Source: Bispira polyomma (lineage: Eukaryota). From it: a stretch of 64,000 nt of DNA. A model generated the notes under the pieces. The model saw nothing but the letters and a program-made list of their open reading frames with translations, searched no databases and was not told where the DNA came from. Every line of letters starts with the position of its first letter. Within the stretch, counting starts at the first letter, position 1. This document shows, piece by piece, positions 52,247-64,000 of this stretch. The position numbers and the translations under genes were made by a program. The DNA lies in NCBI GenBank assembly GCA_965649765.1, contig OZ287757.1, forward strand, positions 31,186,001 through 31,250,000, given 5' to 3'.

Positions 52247-53361
52247 TTAACTGAGCGGTACCCAATGTGGTAAAAAGTATTCAGTCTTATTTGTCCGACC
52301 TTCTAATGGAGTATTAGGTAAAGGCCAGTGTTGGTAATACACTGCTTCACCTCCAGCGAGATATGCAGCCCACCAACTGTATGTGCCCACTGACATGATG
52401 GTATGATTACACCTAGACTGAATAGCCAGGTCCATCATGGCTGTTTGATTTTCTGAGTAGATGGCATTTGGAAGATTAAGATGCGATTTTGTCCAAGACA
52501 TACCATTTGAGGCGATAACCCAGACAATAGGCTTTCCGTGAAATCTTTTCAACATCCAGTTTGTTGCATTTATAAAATAATCAGCTCCAGGGATAGCGTA
52601 ACCATATTTTTGGTTACGTGGTGTCAGCATATCTCCCCTTCTTACATGGATACCTACAAAAACTGTACCTTCATTAGGATCTAGTGACACTGGTATGCCA
52701 TGCTTGTGGCATTCATCTCTGATATACTTATCTGCTCTTTCCACATAATCCTGGGTGAATGTAAACTCCTGTGCTATTGTACTCTTCAACCTAGGCCAGA
52801 AATAAACATAGGATATGGGATAACCGCTCAGGCTGATATTCTTCTGTGGCAGCTGGAACATCTTTTTAAGAAATCAGATACACCCACATTTGTGAATGAT
52901 ATTTGCTGAAACAGCTTCTTATTGACAGACTCTCTTAATAAGTTGGCTCTGAAACACTTGAATACACGTTGGGGTTGATCATAGATTATTGATCTGTTGT
53001 TGTGAGCTGCAATCCCAATTAAGGTGGCATAGGTAAACAACTCGTTATCTAGTCCTCTTCCATCACCAAATATGTGGGTGATATAGGGTGACTTCTTCCT
53101 GTTGACATATGTTGCATCACTTCTCAGTACAGGGACATTGATCATGTGTATACTTCCAGTATGGCAATGGTCATCACATCTATTTTGAACTGGTCGAAGA
53201 TGCGACAAGGCTGGCACACTATTCCAAAATAGTATGCCCACTAAGAACGCAGATAACACAGTAATTTTAAGTATGTATAGGTTCTTGAATAATATGTACA
53301 ATTTCTTCAGTAAAATCTCAGTACAGGTGCATGAATTATTTTGCTTATTAACATATGCCAT
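52247..53361 (-). pseudogene. GT11 alpha-1,2-fucosyltransferase (FUT1/FUT2-like), single coding exon, one frameshift
   Basis: Type II TM segment (ITVLSAFLVGILFW), GRGLDNELFTYA, VGIHVRRGD, TIMSVGTYSWWAAYLAGG, YFLPHWVPL. Split between ORFs 52828-53361 and 52247-52861. Confidence 0.92.
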
Positions 53362-53397
53362 ATTTCTTAAGGTTATAATTGTATAACCTTAAGAAAT

Positions 53398-54511
53398 ATG
53401 GCATATGTTAATAAGCAAAATAATTCATGCACCTGTACTGAGATTTTACTGAAGAAATTGTACATATTATTCAAGAACCTATACATACTTAAAATTACTG
53501 TGTTATCTGCGTTCTTAGTGGGCATACTATTTTGGAATAGTGTGCCAGCCTTGTCGCATCTTCGACAGTTCAAAATAGATGTGATGACCATTGCCATACT
53601 GGAAGTATACACATGATCAATGTCCCTGTACTGAGAAGTGATGCAACATATGTCAACAGGAAGAAGTCACCCTATATCACCCACATATTTGGTGATGGAA
53701 GAGGACTAGATAACGAGTTGTTTACCTATGCCACCTTAATTGGGATTGCAGCTCACAACAACAGATCAATAATCTATGATCAACCCCAACGTGTATTCAA
53801 GTGTTTCAGAGCCAACTTATTAAGAGAGTCTGTCAATAAGAAGCTGTTTCAGCAAATATCATTCACAAATGTGGGTGTATCTGATTTCTTAAAAAGATGT
53901 TCCAGCTGCCACAGAAGAATATCAGCCTGAGCGGTTATCCCATATCCTATGTTTATTTCTGGCCTAGGTTGAAGAGTACAATAGCACAGGAGTTTACATT
54001 CACCCAGGATTATGTGGAAAGAGCAGATAAGTATATCAGAGATGAATGCCACAAGCATGGCATACCAGTGTCACTAGATCCTAATGAAGGTACAGTTTTT
54101 GTAGGTATCCATGTAAGAAGGGGAGATATGCTGACACCACGTAACCAAAAATATGGTTACGCTATCCCTGGAGCTGATTATTTTATAAATGCAACAAACT
54201 GGATGTTGAAAAGATTTCACGGAAAGCCTATTGTCTGGGTTATCGCCTCAAATGGTATGTCTTGGACAAAATCGCATCTTAATCTTCCAAATGCCATCTA
54301 CTCAGAAAATCAAACAGCCATGATGGACCTGGCTATTCAGTCTAGGTGTAATCATACCATCATGTCAGTGGGCACATACAGTTGGTGGGCTGCATATCTC
54401 GCTGGAGGTGAAGCAGTGTATTACCAACACTGGCCTTTACCTAATACTCCATTAGAAGGTCGGACAAATAAGACTGAATACTTTTTACCACATTGGGTAC
54501 CGCTCAGTTAA
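53398..54511 (+). pseudogene. Mirror copy of the FUT-like gene with an extra 1-nt deletion
   Basis: Reverse complement of 52247-53361; cgacagtt instead of cgaccagtt at ~53566. Confidence 0.9.
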
Positions 54512-57500
54512 AAACTGACCATGGTTGGTGGTTCTGTTATAATTGTTTCTCAACTTAAAAATTTTCTCTAGCCATTTAGTTTTAACTACCTTTGCTGATG
54601 CATGTGGATTGTGAAATGTAATTAATTAATTTGATATATCTATATATATATATAAAGATTACAGTAATAATGAATTTAAGAGTAAATTCGTCAGTTATTG
54701 TAAGTGATATATTTTATCCAGTTAATAGTAATGTAATATTATGGTGATTTAATTTTTGTTGTAAGTACAATTATGCTTTTCAATGCCCCTCTACAAAGGA
54801 ATTGATTTAGATGATCTTGTAAAAGACAAGCAGCAGTTGGGATATTAAATTTTATTCTGTGTTAAAACTACAATTATGAACAAACTAGGTTTACATAATA
54901 AGGCTACCTAAATGAATTTAGGTTAGGATCAAAGTCATAGCTTCAGGCTACCTTAACTTTATCTTGTTAGGTGTATGACCAATGATATGTTTAAATCTGG
55001 CCTATCCAGCTCCCCAGTTGGCACTACTTAAAACTTAAACCAGCCTGCTATGAACTATTCTATGGTGGGAACAGACCTTTATTTCAGACTTGGGGACAGT
55101 AGGAAAGCCAATTCTGAAAAAAGGCAGGCCCTGTAGATTCTCTCAGAAGGAAACTTGTCCTTAACAGACAGCAATCCTGCAGTGCCCTATTTACTTTTTG
55201 AATGTTGTGAATTTTTTCTACAGTCCTAAGTGGGATGGTTGTAACGTTTTCCAAATATGAAGCAATTGGTACAAATATGGTTTTACTATTGACCACCAGA
55301 TAAATAGTCTTTTGAGGACAAGTATCTTTCTGAATACATCTACAGGGCCTGCCTTTTTCAGAATTGGCTTTCTTGCCTAAGAAACCACCAGGATTTTGGG
55401 TAAGTTAATGTAGTCTGGAGTCCACGCCTGTCTGGATATAGTAAGACTGCCTTAACATATGACCTTGGGAAACAAGGAGATCACCAGTGATTGACTCTAA
55501 GTCGGTTGAAAATCTGGTGGATGATACATCAGCATTTACAGTATATGTAACAGATTTCTGTTATGTTACAGGTAAGGTTTTAAGTTAATTTTTGTTTCTG
55601 TTAGTTACTTTAGTATCAGTTTGCGAACTTCAGCAGGCATTGTCTCCAGACACATATCTGCAACATCAATGTCTTCGGATTTACATTTTTTTGTTGATTG
55701 GTTTTGCATGCGCTGACCCACAGGCCTTACAGTTAATGTATATTAATATATTTTAATATATATTAATATATATTAATATATATATCTTGTTTATTCCGCA
55801 TCCTGTGCAGAGGGGAGGGGTTGCAACGCTCTCACAGGGACTTTACTAAACCCTGCACCTCGCAGGGTGATTTACCTTAAAAAAACACAAAAAATTAACG
55901 TTGTAATTGTGACCAAAAGAAAATCTTTTGAACTGGTAAGGGAAAATAAACCATTTTTTAAATGCCATGTACATAACAAGAAAGAAAATTTATACACAGA
56001 AGAAAAGGAAAAATTAGCACAATTTTTAATAAATGCCAATTTCCACTGAATAATTCCTTCTTAAGATGTAGTTAAGCTACTAGCTTTTGTTTGTCATAGA
56101 TAGTTTTAACTTTTTTGTTGTAATTCCATAATACGAAAGCGAGGTGAGTGTCTTGAATTAGAATAGATACAAGTTTTAGTGACTAAAATAATAATATTCA
56201 TTAGAAGTAAGTTATTATCAGTATTTAGATATCCTAAAATGTGTTCCACTGGACCCAACATTTGACTAACACGACCACTTTAGGGGCCTGCTGTGTCAGT
56301 TCTCCCTCCCACTAATAACACTAATAAAAAAAATCGTTTTCTCTCTTCTGTCCATCAGCACAAATATCAATAAGCAATCACCAACCACCCCTCTCTGAAA
56401 TTGAATTTGCTGCCCTCAAGTTTAGGCATCATTTTACAACAAGATCCGTTCTTTAGATTTTGTTTTGATCTTGATCCATGCTTCTACATTTTCCCAAAAG
56501 TTCACAGTCACAGGACAAAGAAAGAAGAGATGAATTATAAATTAGGTCATATCTTGCTTGATGCCCGATGAACCAGTGAAAGGTAACCCAGTGCTGAAAC
56601 ACTAAACTGTCGGCCTACCATATGTATCTGGCAAATTTTCTGATACGAAGGAACACACATGATTGAAACTCACATTGGTAAAGAGGTTTAGGGAGTCTGA
56701 AGCTAAAGACTTCTAACCACGGTCCCTAATATGAGACATGTACTGTCTTACAATTTTGGGTGACAAAAATCGATTGGAATCAGAATTTGCCAGGTGTTAG
56801 TCCTATAACACATTCACATACAAAAGCCCGGCTCCTCTTTTTCTTGGATAATCAAGTTTGCAACGGAACGTCACAAGTTGCGCACATAGAAACACACACC
56901 TTTTTACCCGAGCAGGTGGCTAATATATTTTTGGTTCTGTAAACATGACACAACTACAGGAACTCTTCTGAGATCTAATTTGTGGTCTTCAGAAATGACA
57001 GAAACTATATAATGCTTGTCAGAATCATCACACAATGATTGCTAAAACTTACCAACTGCTAGAAAAATTAATTGTTACAGCAAAATACAATGAACGTTAG
57101 ACCTTGAGAAAGGTCTTTTCATGAGGGCATTATGATTTTTACTCAATATCCAAGTGTCTGACTTTAACACTTAACCTTGTGTGATTATGTTGAACCATCT
57201 GCTGTTGATGTAATCTCTTTGTGAGCATGTGTGTTCTCTGTTTTAAGTTTTGGTAGTAAAGTCATGTCAGAAAAAAAATCAAGTAGTGATGTAAACATGA
57301 ATGCCATAATTGATGCCATGAAACTTTTGAATTACAAGTTTAAATTCGAACCTTTTTAAACTAGAGCAATTTAATATTTAGTGGATAAGCACAATACTTT
57401 TTGTCTGTCCCCAACTTGCAGTGGGAAATCAATCATATATGAACTTGCTCCTTTAGTTTTGATTATTTATCAAATAATAATGTACAAATAGGGGCAATAG

Positions 57501-58972
57501 TTTCATGTGTAGTGGGGGGGCCGCGGTGGCCTAGTTGTTACAATCACTGGTCTCTCACCTCTGGGTGGCGTGAGTTCGAATCCTGTCGATGCCTATGTGG
57601 AAAAGGTGGTAGTTCCTTACTGTGGGCCGCTGGTTTCAGTGCAGAACCTTGAGCGACTGTATGCAGTGTTTCCGCCAGCATTTCCAACTACCCGTCCCAA
57701 TATAACCTACTAAAAGGTACTAGAGTGGACATTAAATATCCAAATTCAAATTCATGTGTAGTGGTTATCCAGCCACTAAAGGCTTTGATGGAGGAAAATA
57801 TATTCTGCTTAAAAGCAGAAAATAGACACAATCATAAAGGATAAGATATTGTCAAGGGATTTTAATGATATTTTTAGATCACCCGAATCCTTGACAGGAG
57901 AAGGATTTTATGCGGATATTTTCCACTCTTCCTCATTTGTTACAAATGTGAAACTACTAGTTGTTGATGAGAGTCACTGCATAATAAATGGCAAGTGTTT
58001 TCAAACTTAAATAAAAGAGGTGTGAGAATAATGTAAAATTTTATATTTATTTTAAATATTATGTATACAAAACTGTACATAGAAAACTAACTTGTACAGA
58101 AATAAACCTCCAAACAGTATCTTTTTATTGTGTTCTGATTTTCAACAACAATCATACTTACTCAGATTAAGGCCACCTCAATTAATTTATGGTAGCCTTA
58201 CCAAAAACTTAGTTACGGCTGACCTTACATTTATTTCAAGTTAGGGTAGCCTTAGTCAAACTTAAATCTGACTAGCCTAATCATAAACTTAATCAATTAA
58301 ACTGCAAAGCAATTCAAGGCTCCCTTTTTCTAAATCTTATCAAGCTCGGGTGGCTCCCATCTAGTTATTGAATAAGTGTAGTCTTTAACATAGAAATAAA
58401 ATTAATATCCCAAACATGCTCGTTCATATTTCGTGTTTACCATAATGCTAAGGTCACAATTAAAGGGCAATGTTACTAGATAAGGAATCTTTAGTAAATT
58501 TTTAAGAATTTAATCCTGTGATGTCAGGATTAAAACATTAAGGGAACATTTAATACACCGAATGATCAGAATGGCATCATGGTGTAAAATTAAGAAAATA
58601 GATATCACATGGAAATATCAACCAGTGATTGGGCACATAAAAGCCAGAATTTCAAATGTTCATCTTTATAATAGAATTAAGTCATTAAACAAAACTGAAG
58701 TAGTGTGTTAAAAACGTAGATATATGGGCCATCTGTGGTGGTTCTCAGAGAAATGGTCAACGGGTGAAGTACATCACTCCCCAAGAAGGTGTGTGAAGTG
58801 ATAACTGTAGCAAGTAAAAACTTATTGATAAATACCAGGTCGAACATAACCGATGTATAGTATTTTTAGTCTTTTAGTACACTATTTAATGTTGTTTACG
58901 TTAGTATTATTATTGAAATGATGACGTTTCTTGATATTATTCCCTAATGTTTTATAATAAATCAGCTTTGTG

Positions 58973-61900
58973 AAACTAGTTGATGAATAATGCTATGTCA
59001 TCTTTGGTACTAGCTGTTTTATGCTTTCCACTAGGTCTTCTGTCCCCTGTAATCTCAGCAATATGGCCTGCTATTTGGCTTGTGCTGTCAGTACTGCGAC
59101 TGATTCTACTGGATGTTTTTAAATGTTGTTTAACTACATTGCTGTGATGCTCTACATCTAAATCTTTGGAATAATTGGTGTTTACTTTTCCTTTTGTATT
59201 TACTGTTCTGTTCCATTTCAGTCTGTATGCCAAACAGGGTGATAAGAGGCATTTAACTTGAGACAAAGTTTCCAAACATTCGAGAGCATATTTAAAACAG
59301 CCAATTACTTTGAAATAAAAGTACATTAACTCCACATTTCTATATATTCAATCACCATCACCCATTTGTATTGCATCATTTATGTTCATGTGTAACAAAA
59401 GCAAAGTTAAGGCACATTAAGTGTAGTTTAACACTTTATCTTCATCTACAGAAGTAGCTTTTTCCAGTCTTTCATCAATCTGATGTGGAAGACTGTGGCA
59501 TTGTCTTTCATGTCGACGCAAAACACCAGGCCCTTTTCTGTAGGCCTTCCAACAAAACAGACATGGAAGTTGAAGTGTTATAGGTGATTTATCAGATGCG
59601 GGAGGTGTGACATGTTGAAAAGATTTATCCACAGACTTGTAAATGGTATCAGAAATATTTTTCAAAGTTTGTTCAGAATCCATGTTCAATCATATTCACT
59701 GTTGGATATGATTCTTCATTATCCATGTCAATGAAATAAATTGCTACTGTTGCAAGATATGCTGCTGTATACTTATTTAACAACTCTTCAGCTGCATAAA
59801 AGTTGTTACCCGGATCTTTGGTTACATTATTTCTGGCATTGATCTTGCAGCATAGAGTGTGCCAATATCTTTCTGGGAACTGATTTTGAATAAAACTTTC
59901 CAGATAACTACGTTCCATCCAGCCTGAAAATGGAAAAGCTCCATATTTGGTATCAACCCTTCTAGTCATTTGCTGGTGTTTCTACCATCAGAATTCAGTT
60001 CTCGAACTCTTTAATAGTGTTCAAATGTCAGATAATCCCCACCACATTTAAGTTTTGATAAAGACTATTCCTTTTCAAAATCAGATCCAGGGACAAATTT
60101 GTGAATATCTTGCACAATGTCCTGCATCTCATCCAAGTTGTTTTCGTTTTTAAAAAGCAATCCGAGGTGCACCCTTTCAGTTTTTTGTTTGGTGAAGTGA
60201 TGTGTTCATGAGGGATGTATGCTGGTAACATTCTCTTCATCCAAGCAAATGTGGGAAGATGTTCGACCCAAGTCTTAGCAATTAGAATCGCACACTGATC
60301 TCTAAACTTTTGTACTACATCACAGGTTGGTATAAAATTATGGAGTGGAAATTCCTCACTTTTATACTGTGAAGCAGTGTCATTAAGTTCAATTTGCGAT
60401 TTTTGTAGTCAATTAGGTTGAGCATGTGGTGGTTCTTTCGCTGTTATTTAACGTGAGCCTTGATGTCCACATTGTCCCCAACTATGTCATATCCTATAAA
60501 TATAGATAAAAGGAGCATAAGTGAAAGGTTGTATGTTTATTTGGCTTTTAGATCACTTTTAACATCATCTGCTATATGATTTATTGGTGTGGAAAATTAC
60601 TACGCTCACATATTGATTGATTGAGGTTTAACATTGCTTTCAATACATTGTATAGGTCATATCATGATGGGCAATTTTACTGGTGTGAGAAAGTAGTGCA
60701 TACTAGTAAACTTTCTTACATAAAGCTGCAACAAGGATTTGAACCCACAGCCTCAGAGGTGGGAGGCGAATGCATTAACCACTACAACACCGAGCCCCTC
60801 ACTACAATCATAAAATTTATATATATCTACTGCAAACTACCCTATGGCCATTTTCTGACAAGGTTTCCCACATCAAGATACAGGTCGACTTGCTCCATTG
60901 TGGAGGCCAGTGATTTTAAAACAGACACTGTTAACCACCAGACCACCAGGGTCCTTATAAACAATGTTTAAAGATTAGCCAATTTCACCTTAAAGTGATT
61001 GTCATATTTCAGACTTAAACTGTTCACTCAACATTCAATACATATCAAAGCTCTACATAAAACAAGGAACTACTACACTAAAATTGTATGGAAACATTTT
61101 AGCTTTAACAAAATTCAATACCTTATAATTTATGTGTAATTCACTGGAAATAATTTTTAACATTGCCCATTATTAGAACTAGAAATTTTCACTTAAAATT
61201 ATCTTTCAAAATCCAGCATCAGCAGCACAAATAACTTATTCATAGTAAAAATTTCAAACATTGACTGATATTTTTAGTTTCAGTGATCCTTTTAGAGTTT
61301 GAGTGGATGATCAAATGTGCTGCTTACATTTTTGATCAGCATCGAGCAAAATTTCCTTACCTGGATGCATTTGTTGATCCAGTTCATTAAGTTCTTGCTG
61401 TAATTGGCTGTAGGTATTCTGAAGAATCTCTGCATGGGGATTTTCATGAAGGTGTTCGGCAATGGACTGAATGCTATTTTGTATTAATTCAACAGCTTCA
61501 CGCTTTTTTTACCACCGAGTCTTTCCATTCCAATAACACACTGTCATGTTCCACAGCAAAATGATTCCTTGGTTTGGCTGGTTGTGGTGTATGACATTGT
61601 GTTATATGTTGCACACAGTCTAATGAACACAACTTTCTTGAGGCTATTCTTCTCTGCCATGATACTGTTGATCTGTTTCGGAGCAGACATATCATAATTG
61701 AACTTTGTCAAAGGAAAATATTATTATAGGAATAACTAATGACAAAGCTCGGTATATGGTCATTTTTACCACGATACCATGTAATAACATGAAGGCGAAG
61801 CCTGAGTGTTTCTATGCTCCAAGAGTATACCGTGCTTTAGAATTGGTTATTCCTATTCTAACATGACAAATTAAATTTATATTTTTGATTCAAGCCGCTG

Positions 61901-63588
61901 TTACTGCAAAATTATGGTTTTGAAGGAACTATATCTATTGGGGATCCAGTACAATTTAGGCAAACTTTGTCTATTTCCGTTTATAGGTTTTTGGATAATT
62001 TTACCGAGGCTGTTGGCCAATCAGAATCGCCGGCACTGCCGTGTCAGGTTAGAATATTTTATATATAGACTGTACTAAACATCTACAGATTTTACAGAAA
62101 AATAACAAGTTTTATTGATCAAATTAAGTTACAGAGAAGAATATTTATCATACAAATGAAAGAAAATGTACCACCATGGCTTCTAGGTGAAAAAAATAAA
62201 AATTCAAAATTAAACAGTCCCAACATCAAAGGTAAACATGATGTGAATCAGAGGGTGCACATTTATAATACCGACTCAATATTTTATTCAAAAATCTAGT
62301 CTTTATTGAAAAAGGTTATTTTTGAGCCATTAATCTGTTTTTACAAGAAGTTTTATTTTCTGGAGTCATATAATTTTTTTTTATATACACCACAAGTGAA
62401 GATTTTCTTCATTATCAACTTCTAAAATGTAATTTTTATGATTCTTCAAAATATGACACAAATCAGTCTAAAAATATTATCACGGCATTTTTATGGATGT
62501 CGCCCCCATAGAATTGATAGACTAAATATTTTCAACAAACTGTTAACCATGTGTATTAGACTATAGGATAGAGGGAGGAGGGGCTTGTCCTATGCCTTAA
62601 AAACTAAGGGAGGTTATGTCAAGGGGTTGGGGGTTATGTCAGGGGGCTTATGTCAAGGGGATTTTTGTCCTACAACCACTGCAGCCATCAGAGTAGAACT
62701 ATTTCCGGTGATTCAAGAGAAAACCAGTCAAGATATCTTCAGCAATTAAATATATAGGTTTATCATAAAATGGCTTGCTTGGGATTGCTTTTGGGGACGT
62801 TACTAAAAACAAGATGGCCACAGTCAAAAACAGTTTATATTGGCAAATATATGGCAATATGATGCTTAGAGCGCATTAGTTATTCTAATTGGGACTGCAA
62901 TTGGGGGGAAAATCACACACAAACAAGTGTAGTTTCAATATAGACTGGATGATGTAGTTTTTAAAAGTATAAAAGATTATTTACCCATGCTTGGGAGGTC
63001 GGAGAAGCTAGTGTCTCAAACTCTGTACAGATGTGCCTGAAAATGTCTTCTTTGGACGAGGAATTTATGATGGAGATTCTTTATAAGGCTAGGAAATCTG
63101 GAAATGGAGCAAAGAAATAAGTCAAGTTTTTGTTGTTTCTGTTGGTGATTTCTCTCTTATTGTACCTTTAAAAGGGGTCAAAACGTTTTCAATGTTTAAG
63201 ATCCTCTTCGTTGTGAGTGGCTGAACCCCAAGTTCATCTTTATCCAATGATGCTGTTGGTTCAAATAACTTTTACATAGAAGGCATATTTATAGTTTCCT
63301 TTGGCAATATTTTCACCCTCTTAAACTTTTCCTCAAAGCCTTTCTTGTTATGCATGGAAGGTGGCTATTAAATCATCTTTCTTTCTCAAAACAGTTTGCA
63401 CTTTTGCTGCACATGACCAACATTGCTTGAAATTTACTTTGCTATTAAGAGAAAATTCTATAAAGCTTTCAACTAAGTTACAAAGTTCAGTCTTTCTTGT
63501 TAAATGAGATGGTTCAAACAATCTATATGAAGTTTTGACATCTGTTTTTTTCACATATTAAACTTTTTTTACAGATGTCTAAGGACAT
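58973..63588 (-). pseudogene. Mirror copy of the Academ-like transposase pseudogene
   Basis: Reverse complement of 38025-42640 (coordinate sum 101613). Confidence 0.65.
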
Positions 63589-64000
63589 AACTGAAAGGGA
63601 AATTTAAACTTGTGTTTTTACTGGAGTCCTTTTTAACAATCCACACACACACAGGTAAGCTTGTTGAAGCAGTAGTATTGAAAAGATGCACTCTACTCCT
63701 GTTGTAAAATTTTGACCTCACGCCAGCAATTGCAGGCCTCTGGTTTACATTTGGGATTAAATAAAGAAGCTAGTGCTGACACCTTTTGAACAGAATGGGA
63801 ACTGTGTAAAATGCAGGCATACAGTGTTGCACTAACAGTAAAGACTTGAAAGCAAGTCTGAATGAAAGGTTATATAAAAGATGAGACAATTTTCTTTACA
63901 GACCATAATGTTATTCACAGCTTTTAACTGAAAAAAGTCAAAAGTGACACATAAATTCTTTACTTCATCAGCTGGGAGTACATCATTGCCGAATAGTTAG

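Larger units (their letters stand above)
44846..64000. repeat. Giant inverted duplication (palindrome 2), 4-nt loop attg at 53378-53381; the right arm runs off the window
   Basis: The right arm mirrors 53377 back to 44846, then continues into 39699 back to 37613. ORFs are mirrored (52247..52861- with 53897..54511+; 38059..38265+ with 63348..63554-). Confidence 0.97.

Noticed and set aside
52247-54511. Functional bidirectional FUT gene pair
   Set aside because: Both copies are frameshifted, only 36 nt lie between the ATGs, and they are mirror images in a probable fold-back.

Overview
AT-rich, intron-containing eukaryotic DNA, probably from a marine invertebrate (lophotrochozoan-like SINEs and LINEs; inferred). 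It is almost entirely nested, decayed mobile elements. The main object is a ~14 kb two-gene DNA transposon (~3400-17408). It has 24-bp palindromic subterminal repeats at both ends, a ...CATA right terminus, and an IS3/integrase-type DDE transposase (IS3EU-like) on the minus strand. Facing the transposase is a spliced SAM-domain + HECT E3 ubiquitin-ligase gene on the plus strand. Inserted inside this element are a Harbinger transposase, a Helentron-like element, and LINE/SINE pieces; the element itself interrupts a LINE that carries a 2A-like motif. Further right are a DIRS-order tyrosine-recombinase retrotransposon, a 35-36 bp minisatellite interrupted by a Tx1/L1 insertion with a clean TSD, L2/CR1 and Tx1 remnants, an Academ-like (DUF6589-type) transposase pseudogene, and disrupted GT11 alpha-1,2-fucosyltransferase (FUT1/2-like) copies. 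Two giant near-perfect palindromes (centres ~3414 and ~53379) and a 4.9 kb duplication across an N-gap make up about a third of the window. They are more likely fold-back or assembly artefacts than biology, but this needs read-level checking.
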